Assembly: GCA_903960135.1 (NCBI GenBank)
Contig: CAJBZP010000069.1
Span: forward strand, 1,708 to 65,707
DNA: 64,000 nucleotides
From: an uncultured Actinomycetes bacterium
GTDB lineage: Bacteria > Actinomycetota > Actinomycetes > S36-B12
Reading direction: 5' to 3'
Part shown: positions 1 to 9,845 of the stretch, piece by piece
Numbering within the stretch: the stretch's first letter is position 1
Layout: each line of letters begins with the position of its first letter
Notes under the pieces: generated by a model
Database searches by the model: none
What the model was told of the DNA's origin: nothing
Seen by the model: the letters and a program-made list of their open reading frames with translations, nothing else
Program-made: the position numbers and the translations under genes

Positions 1-299
1 AGATGCAGGGCATGTTGAGTCGCTGGGGAGTTTCGGAAATGTCAGATCACTCAGGGCATCAAATGGACGGAATGGTTGATGCCTCGGGGATGGAAGAGTT
101 GGATGCGGCTTCGGGAGCCGAGTTCGATCGATTATTCCTAAAACTGATGATTGAACACCACTTGGGGGCAATTTCGATGGCTCAGGATCCATTAACTAAT
201 GGTGCTGACCCCGAGTTGAACAAGCTGCTTCGTGCAATCGTTGAGGCGCAGGCCACAGAGATTGAGCAAATGGAAAACATGCTTGAGCAAATGCAGTAG
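1..299 (+). CDS. DUF305-family metal-binding protein, C-terminal part (5' end outside window)
   Basis: ORF is open to the window edge. The 98 aa contain the DUF305-type helix motif FDRLFLKLMIEHHLGAISMA and a second helix LLRAIVEAQATEIEQM. Confidence 0.6.
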   Translation, partial: MQGMLSRWGVSEMSDHSGHQMDGMVDASGMEELDAASGAEFDRLFLKLMIEHHLGAISMAQDPLTNGADPELNKLLRAIVEAQATEIEQMENMLEQMQ

Positions 300-315
300 A
301 AGTAGTAGTACCGGC

Positions 316-1947
316 CTAAACCCAGGTGGGCATCCACATGCGTAGCTTCCACTGCTCATATGGGAGTACCTGCCCGGTCCAGATCGGGTACATCCACCAG
401 GCAACGAGCACTATGAGTAGCAATAATGCGCCGGCGGCAAGTGCCCCCCAGCGCCGGCGAGATTCGCTGGCGCTGGAGGGGCCGATCATCGTGCCCATTG
501 ACATGGCAAGTGCGGTGACGACAAATGGCACATAGACAATTGTGTAGAAAGTAAAGATGGTGCGATTTAGGTAGAGCAGCCACGGCAGCCACCCGGCTGC
601 GATACCGACAAGCACTGCGCCGGCCCGCCAGTCACGCCGGGCGATCCAGCGCCAGCACTGATGGATGATCGCGGCAATGGCCGCCCACCAAATAATCGGG
701 TTGCCCAATGCGAGAACTTCGGCTGCGCAGTTATCGGTTGGGCAGCCTTGACTGCCGTCCTTGATACTTTCGTAAAAGAAGGAAGTTGGCCGGGTTTGAA
801 ATGGCCACGACAGCGGGTTGCTCTTATAGGCGTGTTCGGATGTCAGCCCGACGTGGAAATTCCAAGCCTGCGCATGGTAATCCCACCATGATCTAAGGGA
901 TGCCGGGATTATCGAAGCGGGTTGGCCAGCAGCCCAATTGCGGTTATAGGCATCGGCGCTCAGGAACCAGCCGGTCCAGGAGAAGAAGTAGACGACGATC
1001 ACGATCGCCACCATCGTGATACCCGTGAGTGGCGCGTCACGTAAAACCGTTGCCGTCCACGGCTTTTTGACCCCGATGGTGCGGCGAGCTGACACGTCCC
1101 AGACGAGCGTCATCAGAACAAAAGCAACCACGAACCAAATTCCGGACCACTTAACCGAGCAGGCCAAGCCAAGGGCGATAGCGGCGGCCCAGCGCCAAGG
1201 ACGAAGGCCAAAGGCTGGCCCAAATCCTGCGGAGAAAACATCGAGCGCGGTTGACGGGTCGGCGCGGTCGGCGAATACGGCTTTGATTTTTCCGGCGAGG
1301 CGGCGTCTGGTGTGGTCTCGGTCAATAAGTAGGAGCCCGAAGGCGGCAAGGATCCAAAATGCCAGCACCATGTCGAGCAGGCCGGTGCGGCTCATCACGA
1401 TATGGATGCCATCGAGGGCAAGCAACAGGCCGGCCAGGGTGCCGATGAGGTCTGAGCGCGTTAGGCGCCGCACGATGCGGGCGAGCATGATGATGCCGAT
1501 AATGCCGAGCACGGCTACCGAGATACGCCAGCCGAACGGAGTCGCGCCGAAGGCGTATTCACCGACGGCAATCGTCCACTTGCCAAGTGGTGGGTGCACC
1601 ACAAAGGCCGGGTCATCCTTGAACAGGTTTAGGGCTTGCCAGTTGCCGTCTGACTTAAGGATTATGTCGTTGGCATTGTCAATGATCGCGCGTTCGTAGC
1701 CGTATTGGAGAAGTGACAGTGCTTCTTTGGGGTAATAAGTCTCATCGAAGGCAAAAGCATGGGGCCGGCCAAGATCCCAAAGGCGCAAGATGGCTCCGAT
1801 CAGGCCGACAGCCAGTGGCCCGATCCAACCGCGCAGACCCGATGACGGCATCGGCCTAGTCAGGCGGTCCGGTAGCGAGGTGATGTCGCGCTCGGGCGCG
1901 GTGGTGGCGCTGATCGAGTTAGGTAGTGCCGCGGCCATGGGCGTCAT
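316..1947 (-). CDS. pmt: dolichyl/polyprenyl-phosphate-mannose protein O-mannosyltransferase (GT-C, Pmt)
   Basis: Polytopic membrane ORF with the N-terminal loop motif FAFDETYYPKEA (DE motif of the PMT family). It is divergent from rsmI, as remembered for Rv1002c/Rv1003. Start set at ATG 1947 (MTPMAAAL...). The 76 upstream codons in the track ORF are Pro/Arg-rich and overlap rsmI. Confidence 0.8.
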   Translation of the reverse strand: MTPMAAALPNSISATTAPERDITSLPDRLTRPMPSSGLRGWIGPLAVGLIGAILRLWDLGRPHAFAFDETYYPKEALSLLQYGYERAIIDNANDIILKSDGNWQALNLFKDDPAFVVHPPLGKWTIAVGEYAFGATPFGWRISVAVLGIIGIIMLARIVRRLTRSDLIGTLAGLLLALDGIHIVMSRTGLLDMVLAFWILAAFGLLLIDRDHTRRRLAGKIKAVFADRADPSTALDVFSAGFGPAFGLRPWRWAAAIALGLACSVKWSGIWFVVAFVLMTLVWDVSARRTIGVKKPWTATVLRDAPLTGITMVAIVIVVYFFSWTGWFLSADAYNRNWAAGQPASIIPASLRSWWDYHAQAWNFHVGLTSEHAYKSNPLSWPFQTRPTSFFYESIKDGSQGCPTDNCAAEVLALGNPIIWWAAIAAIIHQCWRWIARRDWRAGAVLVGIAAGWLPWLLYLNRTIFTFYTIVYVPFVVTALAMSMGTMIGPSSASESRRRWGALAAGALLLLIVLVAWWMYPIWTGQVLPYEQWKLRMWMPTWV

Positions 1948-1982
1948 CGTATGCGTCGATACCTGTTTGGGAGGATGTGCAG

Positions 1983-2897
1983 GTGGCCACGGGGAATGCA
2001 GGACCAGATCTGGATCCGAGCACCGGGGCCACGCCCAAGTTCGGTCAGATAGTGCTGGCTGCCACCCCACTTGGTAATGACCTTGATGCCTCACCTCGCT
2101 TATGCGCTCTGCTGGCGGCCGCGGATGTAGTAGCCGCTGAGGACACCCGCCGCTTACGCCGCTTGGTGGCGGCACTGGGGGTGGAAATTTCCGGTCGCGT
2201 GGTTTCGTATCACGATGCCAATGAGCGCGAGCGAGCGGTTGAACTCGTCGAAATCGCCGCAGCGGGTGGCACAGTCATTGTGGTGACCGATGCGGGGATG
2301 CCGGTGGTAAGTGATCCAGGATTTCGTGTTGTCAGCGAAGCGGTGGCCCGCGGGGTGCATGTCACAGCGCTGCCGGGGCCGTCAGCAGTATTAACCGCGC
2401 TGGCGCTTTCAGGACTGGCCGTTGATCGATTTTGTTTCGAAGGGTTCTTACCGCGAAAAGCTGGTGAGCGCTCTACCCGGTTGCAAGAGTTGATTGACGA
2501 GCCGCGCACCATGGTGTTCTTCGAAGCCCCGCATCGGCTCGAGGTGATGCTGCGGGCCCTTGCCGAAAGCCTAGGTGGTGGGCGACAGGCGGCGGTATGC
2601 CGTGAACTCACCAAAACTTACGAGGAAGTCAAGCGCGGCGCATTGGCGGAACTCGTCCAGTGGGCCGAGCTTGGGGTTCGCGGTGAGATAACCGTGGTCG
2701 TGGCTGGTGCCTCGGCGCAGGAGCGGCGGGTAGCGGCGGGCCTCGAGACGCAATCGGCTCAGGTCGAGGAGGTGCGGGCCCGCGAAGCGCATGGGGTTGA
2801 CCGGCGCACCGCTATCGCCGAGGTAGCCAAGGCAGCGGGTGTCCCGCGGCGCGTGGTCTACGACGCGGTCGTCAAGCACAAGGACGTCGAACCGTAG
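1983..2897 (+). CDS. rsmI: 16S rRNA (cytidine1402-2'-O)-methyltransferase RsmI
   Basis: Motifs LAATPLGNxLDASPRL, AEDTRR, VVTDAGMPVVSDPG and EAPHR. Start uncertain (GTG 1926, 1977 or 1983); 1983 is preferred because GGAGG lies 9 nt upstream. Confidence 0.85.
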   Translation: MATGNAGPDLDPSTGATPKFGQIVLAATPLGNDLDASPRLCALLAAADVVAAEDTRRLRRLVAALGVEISGRVVSYHDANERERAVELVEIAAAGGTVIVVTDAGMPVVSDPGFRVVSEAVARGVHVTALPGPSAVLTALALSGLAVDRFCFEGFLPRKAGERSTRLQELIDEPRTMVFFEAPHRLEVMLRALAESLGGGRQAAVCRELTKTYEEVKRGALAELVQWAELGVRGEITVVVAGASAQERRVAAGLETQSAQVEEVRAREAHGVDRRTAIAEVAKAAGVPRRVVYDAVVKHKDVEP

Positions 2898-2906
2898 GAT
2901 CGCACC

Positions 2907-4538
2907 ATGTCGCCGCCGGTCACCTCAGCAACTGGGGCTGATAAAGCTTTTTATCTGACGACACCTATCTATTACGTAAATGACGCGCCACATATCGGGC
3001 ATGCCTATACGACCACCGCCGGTGATGTGCTGACCCGTTGGCACCGCCAGCGCGGGGAACAGGTTTGGTTCCTCACCGGCGTTGATGAGCACGGCACCAA
3101 AGTGCAGCGGGCCGCCGACGCTGGGGGCGTGACCCCGCAGCAGTGGGTCGATAATTTGGTCGAGAAGGAGTGGCTGCCGGTACTCGAGACTGTCGACGCC
3201 GCTAATGACGACTTCATCCGCACCACTGAGCCGCGCCACGCGGAACGGGCGCAGCGGTTCTGGGAGCAGGTGCGCGAGCACGGGTTCGTCTACTCGGCAC
3301 CTTATGAGGGCCCCTACTGCGTTGGTTGCGAGGAGTTCAAGTTTGCGGCCGACCTAGTGCCCGGGACCGGTGAGTATGAAGGCCAACTGATTTGTCCGGT
3401 GCACGGGCGCCCCTGTGAGCAATTACAAGAAGAGAACTGGTTCTTTCAGTTGTCGGCATTCACCGAGCGGCTCATCGAGCACTACGAAGCTAATCCAGAT
3501 GCAATCCAACCGCGCAGTGCCTACAACGAGGTGATGTCTTTCATTCGAGGTGGATTAGTAGATATTTCAATGTCTCGCTCGAGTGTTTCGTGGGGTATCC
3601 CGGTGCCGTGGGAGACCGGCCAAGTCATCTACGTCTGGTTCGATGCACTGTTGAATTACGCGACCGCTGTGGGCTACGGCACTGACCCTTCATCACCTGA
3701 AGGTGAGCTGTACGCCAATACTTGGCCCGCTGACGTGCACCTAGTTGGTAAAGACATCCTGCGCTTCCACGCCGTCTATTGGCCGGCGATGTTGATGGCC
3801 GCTGGCGAGCCGCTACCGCGCAAGGTCTTTGCGCATGGCTGGCTGCTAGTTGGCGGCGAGAAGATGTCCAAGAGCAAGTTAACCGGGATTGCACCAAGTG
3901 AGATCATCGACCACTTCGGTTCCGATGCCTTTCGGTACTACTTCCTGCGCGCCATCGCCTTTGGCCAAGACGGCTCGTTTTCCTGGGAAGATATGTCGGC
4001 TCGGTACACCGCCGAGCTGGCAAATGGTCTGGGCAACCTAGCCGCACGCGCTACGGCCATGGTGGTGCGTTACTGCGAGGGTATCTTGCCGGCCGCCACG
4101 GCTGATGGTGCCGCCGAGGAGGGCCTGCAGGCGCTGCTGGTGTCGACGGCGGCTAACGCCGATGCCGCGATGGTGGCACTGGACTTCTCGACCGGCATCA
4201 CGGCGGTCAAGGATTTCATCGAGGCGGTCAACGGGTATGTCACCGAGCAGGAGCCTTGGGTATTGGCTAAGGATCCTGCTAATCGCGAGCGCCTTGAGAC
4301 CGTTCTCTACACCATTTGCGAATCGCTGCGCGCTATCGCGGTGCTCTACAACCCCTTGATGCCAAAGACCATGCAGGATTTGTGGGGACAACTAGGCGCC
4401 AATGGGTCAGGAGCAACTGGGCTCGGGCCATTGGCAGCGCAGCGAATTGCTGGTGTTGCCGTTTGGGGGCAACTACCAGTGGGCTCGAGCGTGACTAAGG
4501 GCGATTCACTCTTTCCGCGTCTGGAAGAAACCACCTGA
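2907..4538 (+). CDS. metG: methionine--tRNA ligase
   Basis: Class I aaRS signatures: PHIGHAYT (HIGH) and KMSKSKL (KMSKS). Length is 543 aa. Confidence 0.95.
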   Translation: MSPPVTSATGADKAFYLTTPIYYVNDAPHIGHAYTTTAGDVLTRWHRQRGEQVWFLTGVDEHGTKVQRAADAGGVTPQQWVDNLVEKEWLPVLETVDAANDDFIRTTEPRHAERAQRFWEQVREHGFVYSAPYEGPYCVGCEEFKFAADLVPGTGEYEGQLICPVHGRPCEQLQEENWFFQLSAFTERLIEHYEANPDAIQPRSAYNEVMSFIRGGLVDISMSRSSVSWGIPVPWETGQVIYVWFDALLNYATAVGYGTDPSSPEGELYANTWPADVHLVGKDILRFHAVYWPAMLMAAGEPLPRKVFAHGWLLVGGEKMSKSKLTGIAPSEIIDHFGSDAFRYYFLRAIAFGQDGSFSWEDMSARYTAELANGLGNLAARATAMVVRYCEGILPAATADGAAEEGLQALLVSTAANADAAMVALDFSTGITAVKDFIEAVNGYVTEQEPWVLAKDPANRERLETVLYTICESLRAIAVLYNPLMPKTMQDLWGQLGANGSGATGLGPLAAQRIAGVAVWGQLPVGSSVTKGDSLFPRLEETT

Positions 4539-4552
4539 GCACGGGATTTGCT

Positions 4553-5395
4553 TTGCCCGAGGTGGCACCGGAGCCGTTGCTGGCACCGGTGATCGACTCC
4601 CATTGCCACCTTGATGTGCGCGATCGGGCGCTGCACGGTGAAACCAGGCCCGATCCAGGCGAGATGCTGAAGCTCGCGGCTGCTGTCGGAGTCACCAAGG
4701 TCGTGCAAATCGGCTGCGATGTCGAATCGGCGAGGTGGTCGGTCGAGATGGCAGCACACCACCCGGAAGTCATCGTCGGAGTTGCCTTGCACCCGAATGA
4801 AGCGCCACGTATTTTTGCGGACCATGGCCAAGGCGGCCTTGACGATGCATATGCGGCGATTGCGGAGTTGGCCACGCATGACATTGTTCGTGCGGTAGGG
4901 GAGACCGGCCTGGACTATTACCGCACCGAGGGGGAATTGCGATCGGTGCAGCAGGAGTCTTTCCGGTGGCACATTAATTTGGCCAAAGAGTTGAACAAGG
5001 CCTTGGTTATCCACGATCGTGATTCACATGAGGATGTTATTGCGGTACTCGAGTCCGAAGGTGCGCCGACGAAAGTAGTTTTCCACTGCTTTAGCGGCGA
5101 TTCGAAAATGGCGGGCTACTGTGCTGAACGTGGCTGGTTTATGTCCTTTGCCGGTGTGATTACATTCAAGAACGCAGACAGTTTGCGAGCAGCACTGCAG
5201 GTGGTGCCCGATGACTTGGTCCTGGTCGAGACGGATTCGCCTTATCTGACTCCCGTGCCTTACCGAGGAAAAGCGAATGGGTCATACCTGATGCCCTTGA
5301 CCGTGCGCCGGATGGCTGAGGTCCGCGGTGTTGCCGAAGCCGAGTTGGCCACCTGTCTGTGGGACAACACTCAACGGGTCTTCGGTGCCTGGTAG
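4553..5395 (+). CDS. tatD: TatD-family metal-dependent DNase/hydrolase
   Basis: DSHCHLD metal-binding start motif, then [10 protein letters not shown] and [12 protein letters not shown] start. Confidence 0.9.
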   Translation: MPEVAPEPLLAPVIDSHCHLDVRDRALHGETRPDPGEMLKLAAAVGVTKVVQIGCDVESARWSVEMAAHHPEVIVGVALHPNEAPRIFADHGQGGLDDAYAAIAELATHDIVRAVGETGLDYYRTEGELRSVQQESFRWHINLAKELNKALVIHDRDSHEDVIAVLESEGAPTKVVFHCFSGDSKMAGYCAERGWFMSFAGVITFKNADSLRAALQVVPDDLVLVETDSPYLTPVPYRGKANGSYLMPLTVRRMAEVRGVAEAELATCLWDNTQRVFGAW

Positions 5396-6236
5396 CGATC
5401 TGCTCGGTGCGCGCGAGATTCGCGAACTTGCGGCGCACCTAGGGATCCGGCCAACCAAGAAACTTGGCCAGAACTTCGTCATCGATCCCAATACGGTGCA
5501 GCGAATTGTGCGGTTGGCGGGGATCACCGCTACTTCGCAGGTGCTAGAAGTTGGGCCCGGACTGGGTAGCTTGACGCTCGCGCTACTTGAGCCCGGTGCC
5601 CGGGTTGTTGCGATTGAGATCGACCCGTTGCTCGCGGAGCAATTGCCGGTTACCGTGCAAGCGCACTTGCCCGAGCGGGCTGATGCATTGACCGTGATAC
5701 ACGCAGATGCTCTAACCGTGCAGGATCTCGGTTTCGAGCCCGATGCGCTGGTCGCGAACTTGCCCTACAACGTTTCGGTGCCGGTGCTACTGCAATTACT
5801 TAGCACCCTGCCATCTTTGCGTTCGGTTCTAGTGATGGTGCAAAAGGAGGTTGCCGATCGCTTGGTCGCCGGCCCCGGTTCGCGCACCTACGGGGTGCCG
5901 AGTGTCAAAGTCCGCTGGTTCGGCGACCCGCAGGCGGCGGGTAGCGTCAGTCCTAAAGTGTTTTGGCCCGAGCCCAATGTGGATTCTGGGTTAGTGCGAA
6001 TCACCTGCCATGAGCCGCCGAAGTGTGCTGCGTCCAGGGCCGAGGTGTTCGCGGTCATCGACGCTGCATTCGCGCAGCGGCGTAAATCCCTGCGTGCGGC
6101 CCTTGGTCAATTCGCCGGCTCCCCGGCGCAGGCGCAATTGGCATTGGAGGCAGCCGGGATTGATCCGGGCGCCCGAGGGGAGTCACTTGATGTGGGTGAC
6201 TTCGCGCGGCTAGCCGATGCGTTCGGGCGAGATTAG
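5385..6236 (+). CDS. rsmA: 16S rRNA (adenine1518/1519-N6)-dimethyltransferase RsmA/KsgA
   Basis: Motifs [20 protein letters not shown] (SAM binding) and NLPYNVS. GTG 5385 chosen; it overlaps the tatD stop by 11 nt. The track ORF starts at 5328. Confidence 0.9.
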   Translation: MPGSDLLGAREIRELAAHLGIRPTKKLGQNFVIDPNTVQRIVRLAGITATSQVLEVGPGLGSLTLALLEPGARVVAIEIDPLLAEQLPVTVQAHLPERADALTVIHADALTVQDLGFEPDALVANLPYNVSVPVLLQLLSTLPSLRSVLVMVQKEVADRLVAGPGSRTYGVPSVKVRWFGDPQAAGSVSPKVFWPEPNVDSGLVRITCHEPPKCAASRAEVFAVIDAAFAQRRKSLRAALGQFAGSPAQAQLALEAAGIDPGARGESLDVGDFARLADAFGRD

Positions 6237-6281
6237 CTTGCTGAAGGTGCCCGAACCCAGCGCAACGCCTACCCTGAGGCC

Positions 6282-7211
6282 ATGACGACGGACCGGCAGG
6301 TAGGCGCATCTGTCACGGTCAGAGTGCCCGCGAAAGTCAATCTCCAACTGGGGGTGGGCCCAAAGCGGGCGGATGGGTACCACGAGTTGGCCACTGTGTT
6401 CCACGCGGTCAGTTTGTTTGACGATGTGCGCGCCCGCCAAGCGGAGCCCGGTACCGGTATCTCATTGACAATTTCGGGCGAGGGTGCCGGTGAGCTGCCA
6501 CTTGATGACACGAATTTGGCTTGGCGTGCGGTGCTGTTGCTGGCCGACCAAGCGGGCCTGCCAGCAGATGTTGAACTGCACTTGCATAAGGGCATCCCGG
6601 TTGCGGGGGGCATGGCTGGGGGCAGTGCAGATGCGGCGGGCGCGTTGCTGGCCTGCGAATCCCTTTGGCAACTGGGTATTGCACGTGAGGAGTTGATGGT
6701 TCTCGCAGCGCGTCTTGGCTCCGATGTGCCGTTCGCGTTGCACGGTGGTAACGCGATCGGCACCGGACGCGGCGAGCGATTACTCTCGGCCCTCGCGCGC
6801 GGCGCTTTCGAGTGGGTATTCGCCCTAGCGGAAAACGGCCTTTCCACTCCGGAGGTTTATGCAGAGTGTGATCGACTGCGGGGTGAAAGGCAGGCGCCAG
6901 CGCCGGTCGTATCACCGGAGATCATGCAGGCACTCCGAGCTGGGGATCCGTTGGCGTTAGGTGCGGCGTTGAGCAATGATCTGCAGCCAGCAGCCATCTC
7001 GCTGCGGCCGGTGCTCGCCCAGGTGCTTGAGGTCGGCGAGGGGTATGGCGCCCTCGGCGCCATTGTTTCTGGCAGTGGCCCGACATGTGCCTTCTTAGCG
7101 GTCGATGACGAACAGGCCCTCGACATTGCTGTTGGCCTGACGTCGGCTGGTGTGTGTCGAACGGTAAAGCGGGCCACCGGCGCTGTGCCAGGTGCGCGCA
7201 TAATTGCTTGA
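6282..7211 (+). CDS. ispE: 4-diphosphocytidyl-2-C-methyl-D-erythritol kinase
   Basis: GHMP kinase motifs: PAKVNLQLGVG, KGIPVAGGMAGGSADAAGAL and SGSGPTCF-like SGSGPTCAFL. Confidence 0.9.
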   Translation: MTTDRQVGASVTVRVPAKVNLQLGVGPKRADGYHELATVFHAVSLFDDVRARQAEPGTGISLTISGEGAGELPLDDTNLAWRAVLLLADQAGLPADVELHLHKGIPVAGGMAGGSADAAGALLACESLWQLGIAREELMVLAARLGSDVPFALHGGNAIGTGRGERLLSALARGAFEWVFALAENGLSTPEVYAECDRLRGERQAPAPVVSPEIMQALRAGDPLALGAALSNDLQPAAISLRPVLAQVLEVGEGYGALGAIVSGSGPTCAFLAVDDEQALDIAVGLTSAGVCRTVKRATGAVPGARIIA

Positions 7212-7246
7212 ACAACAACTCACCACTCAACGAAGGCGGTTGGGTG

Positions 7247-7747
7247 CTACGAGTCAAACTCATAGGACAGTGAGCGCAGCAGATTCGCCAGTTGCTGTTG
7301 TTCAGTTGGCGTCAGGCCCACGAGCAACTCACGTTCGCGGTCGAGTAGATCGGTTAAGGCCCCGTCCACGGCTTCTTGGCCGGCGGTCGTCAGCACTACC
7401 CGCACCCCGCGCCGATCACTTGGTTCGCGCTCGCGCCGGACGAAGCCGCGCGATTCCAGGCGGTCAACGCGATTGGTTACGGTGCCACTTGTGACCATGG
7501 CTTGGGCCCCGAGTTGGCCGGGCGAAAGTTCATAAGGGTCACCGGCTCGGCGCAAGGCGGCCAGCACATCGAACTCCCAGGGCTCTAGTTGGTGTTCTGT
7601 GAAGGCGGCCTTGCGGGCCAAGTCAAGGTGTCGGGCCAACCTAGAGACCCGCGATAAGACTGCCAAGGGCGAAATATCAAGGTCGGGGCGCTCCCGGTGC
7701 CAAGCGCTGACGAGGCGGTCGACTTCGTCGCTGCGCGGCCCCGGCAT
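7247..7747 (-). CDS. MarR-family transcriptional regulator
   Basis: Winged-HTH pattern (FDVLAALRRAG..., TSGTVTNRVDRLESRGFVRRE, DRRGVRVVLT). Last gene of the desaturase-TetR-MarR same-strand string. Confidence 0.85.
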   Translation of the reverse strand: MPGPRSDEVDRLVSAWHRERPDLDISPLAVLSRVSRLARHLDLARKAAFTEHQLEPWEFDVLAALRRAGDPYELSPGQLGAQAMVTSGTVTNRVDRLESRGFVRREREPSDRRGVRVVLTTAGQEAVDGALTDLLDRERELLVGLTPTEQQQLANLLRSLSYEFDS

Positions 7748-7786
7748 GGGCCAGAGCCTACGTCAAGAGTCTTGACGTCGAGATTC

Positions 7787-8488
7787 TTAGCGGTCGCGCT
7801 TGGTGAGCAGTCGGGGTTTGGCATCCAGGTTCTCCAGGCCACCCCAGGCCAGATTCACCAGGTGGGCGACGACTTCGTCCTTCCTCGGCTTGCGGACATC
7901 GAGCCACCATTGGCCGGTCAGTGCCACCATGCCCACCAGCATCTGGGAGTACATGGGGGCCAATTTGGTGTTGATGCGATGGGCGGCGAACTCGGCAGCA
8001 AGTAGATGTTCAACCTGGGCAGCGACATCGATGATCAAACTGGCAAATGAGCCGGTCTGTTGGGATACCGGTGAGTCGCGGACGAGAATCCGAAAGCCGT
8101 CCGGGTATTCATCGATGTAATCGAACAGCGCTAAGGCGGCTTGCTCCACGAGCACCCGCGCATTACCACCGGTCAAGGTGTCGGAGATCGTGGAAAGCAG
8201 GTGGTTCATCTCGCGATCCACGACCACCGCATATAGGCCTTCCTTGCCGCCGAAGTGCTCGTAGACAACCGGCTTGGAAACATCGGCTTTGGCGGCGATC
8301 TCCTCAACGGTGACCGCATCGAATCCCTTTTCGGCAAATAGCTTGCGTCCAACATCAAGTAGTTGCTCGCGGCGCTCTTGGCCGCTCATCCTTACTTTGT
8401 CGCGGGTACGCGGTGGCCGACGAACTTCACGTCGCGCGGCGACCGGGAGCGGGGTGACGTTATCGGCTTCGTTCATTATCGGCACCAT
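7787..8488 (-). CDS. TetR-family transcriptional regulator
   Basis: N-terminal TetR HTH (LLDVGRKLFAEKGFDAVTVEEIAAKADVSKPVVYEHFGGKEGLY). Its ATG lies 3 nt after the desaturase stop. Confidence 0.85.
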   Translation of the reverse strand: MVPIMNEADNVTPLPVAARREVRRPPRTRDKVRMSGQERREQLLDVGRKLFAEKGFDAVTVEEIAAKADVSKPVVYEHFGGKEGLYAVVVDREMNHLLSTISDTLTGGNARVLVEQAALALFDYIDEYPDGFRILVRDSPVSQQTGSFASLIIDVAAQVEHLLAAEFAAHRINTKLAPMYSQMLVGMVALTGQWWLDVRKPRKDEVVAHLVNLAWGGLENLDAKPRLLTKRDR

Positions 8489-8491
8489 TAG

Positions 8492-9514
8492 TCAGATGTT
8501 AGTCGCAGGTGCTACATAGCCGCGCACCCTGCGGCGCATTGCTGGGTCCTTTAGCTTGTTGGCAATGCGCTGCGGCTTAGGCCAGCGCACATCGGTGACC
8601 AGTTTCATTGACTCCATCATGCGAATCACCCGAGCACTCATATCGAGTTGGCCCTTAAGGACCCCGTGACGAGCCAAGGTGGGGTCGGCGTGGTGGAGGC
8701 TGTGCCAAGACTCACCAAATGACACGATGGCCAACCACGCGACATTCGATGAAAGATCCCGGTTGTTAAATGGTCGTGTACCGAACACGTGACAAATTGA
8801 GTTAATCGACCAAGTGACGTGATGCACGAGTGCGATGCGGATGAGCCCGCCCCAGAACAAGCCGGCGAGTGCGCCCATCCACGACCAAGTGATGAGTCCG
8901 CCAAGGAGGGCCGGCAGCAAGATTGAGGCTGTGAGGATTGCCGGGAAGAACTGCGAGATGCGGCGCAGATCCTTGTCCGCTGCAATATCGGGTGCGTACT
9001 GCTCGATGGGGGTTTGGGCTTCGTCAAATAGCCAACCGACGTGCGCGTAATAGAGGCCTTTTGCAACAGCGCGCTTTGAGGTGCCATAACGCCATGGGGA
9101 ATGCGGGTCGCCAACCTCGTCCGAGAACTGGTGGTGCTTGCGGTGGTCGGCAACCCATTGGTCAAGTGAGCCTTGGATCGCCATCGAACCGGCAATCGCC
9201 AACCCGATTTTTACCGCGCGTGGGGCCTTGAAGGCACCGTGGGTGAAATAACGGTGGTAGCCCAACGTGATGCCACCGGCGGTGATCGCCCAGAACAAAA
9301 GGATCAGGCCGGCATCTACCCAGGTGAAAAACCCGGCCCAGAAAATCGCCAGTGGGATCGCCGCGACCACCGCGAGCAATGGCAAGATGACAAAAACCGC
9401 GATGGTGATTTTCATGCCGTTATTGAGTAAGCCTTCGTCGGTTTGGCCGCGAACACCACTGTTGGTAAAAGTTGGCTTGACTGTGCTTAGCTCGAGTTCG
9501 GGCGTAATCGGCAC
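8492..9514 (-). CDS. membrane acyl-CoA (delta-9 type) fatty-acid desaturase
   Basis: Three His boxes (HRYFTH, HRKHHQFSD, HSLHHADP) and 4 TM segments. Start uncertain. GTG 9514 is preferred (GGGAG 4 nt upstream) and gives about 341 aa; ATG 9415 is the alternative. The track ORF start at 9688 overlaps the tRNA gene and is rejected. Confidence 0.8.
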   Translation of the reverse strand: MPITPELELSTVKPTFTNSGVRGQTDEGLLNNGMKITIAVFVILPLLAVVAAIPLAIFWAGFFTWVDAGLILLFWAITAGGITLGYHRYFTHGAFKAPRAVKIGLAIAGSMAIQGSLDQWVADHRKHHQFSDEVGDPHSPWRYGTSKRAVAKGLYYAHVGWLFDEAQTPIEQYAPDIAADKDLRRISQFFPAILTASILLPALLGGLITWSWMGALAGLFWGGLIRIALVHHVTWSINSICHVFGTRPFNNRDLSSNVAWLAIVSFGESWHSLHHADPTLARHGVLKGQLDMSARVIRMMESMKLVTDVRWPKPQRIANKLKDPAMRRRVRGYVAPATNI

Positions 9515-9547
9515 CGGGCTCCCTAGGGGCTGTTGGGCACCTTCGGC

Positions 9548-9580
9548 ACCGTAACTTACGCTACCGTAACCAAGGTAAGT
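9548..9580. promoter_or_regulatory. candidate operator in the desaturase-TetR-MarR promoter region
   Basis: Direct repeat ACCGTAAC at 9548-9555 and 9563-9570 (15-bp spacing). It is interleaved with the inverted repeat ACTTAC (9554-9559) / GTAAGT (9575-9580), 34-66 bp upstream of the preferred start codon. Confidence 0.3.
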
Positions 9581-9643
9581 GCGCCATTGGAAAACGGTGC
9601 ATTTAAGGTGATGCCCCCCAAGTGTTTTTGGGCATGTCATTGA

Positions 9644-9714
9644 TCCCGGGTCGTCTAGCGGCAGGACAGCGGACTTTGAATCCGTCAACGGTGGTTCGAT
9701 CCCACCCCCGGGAG
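9644..9714 (+). tRNA. tRNA-Gln (anticodon UUG)
   Basis: Hand-folded cloverleaf. Acceptor TCCCGGG/CCCGGGA. D stem GTCT/GGAC. Anticodon stem GCGGA/TCCGT with loop CTTTGAA (anticodon TTG). Variable loop of 4 nt. T arm GGTGG-TTCGATC-CCACC. Discriminator G. CCA is not encoded. Confidence 0.9.
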
Positions 9715-9845
9715 CTTTTCAATCTCCGGGGCCCCCGCACTTGGCCCACCCCCGGGAGCTTTTCAATCTCCGGGGCCCCCGCACTTGGCCCACCCCCGGG
9801 AGCTTTTCAATCTCCGGGGCCCCCGCACTTGGCCCACCCCCGGGA
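9701..9845. repeat. perfect 44-bp tandem repeat, 3 full copies plus a 13-bp partial copy, starting inside the tRNA-Gln 3' end
   Basis: Unit CCCACCCCCGGGAGCTTTTCAATCTCCGGGGCCCCCGCACTTGG at 9701, 9745 and 9789, all identical. A partial copy CCCACCCCCGGGA is at 9833-9845. The first 14 nt of the unit are the tRNA T-stem/acceptor 3' strand plus discriminator. Confidence 0.95.

Noticed and set aside
1016-1699. Long antisense shadow ORFs: 1016-1699 (+), 6269-6847 (-), 14208-14750 (-), 15327-15902 (-), 16634-17557 (-), 19330-20013 (-), 32978-33631 (+), 59378-59953 (-), 61295-61768 (-) and many shorter ones
   Set aside because: All lie fully inside confidently identified genes on the other strand. 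They are Arg/Ser/Pro/Ala-rich with no recognisable motifs. They are the expected stop-codon-poor frames of a roughly 60% GC genome.
9515-9688. N-terminal extension of the desaturase ORF to 9688 (398 aa in the track)
   Set aside because: The extension overlaps the tRNA-Gln gene on the opposite strand. It would also place the promoter inside the tRNA. Homologous desaturases have only about 20-35 residues before the first TM helix.
9701-9845. Possibility that the 44-bp repeats are a CRISPR array
   Set aside because: The copies are directly abutting with no spacers, there are only 3.3 copies, no cas genes are in the window, and the repeat begins inside a tRNA gene.
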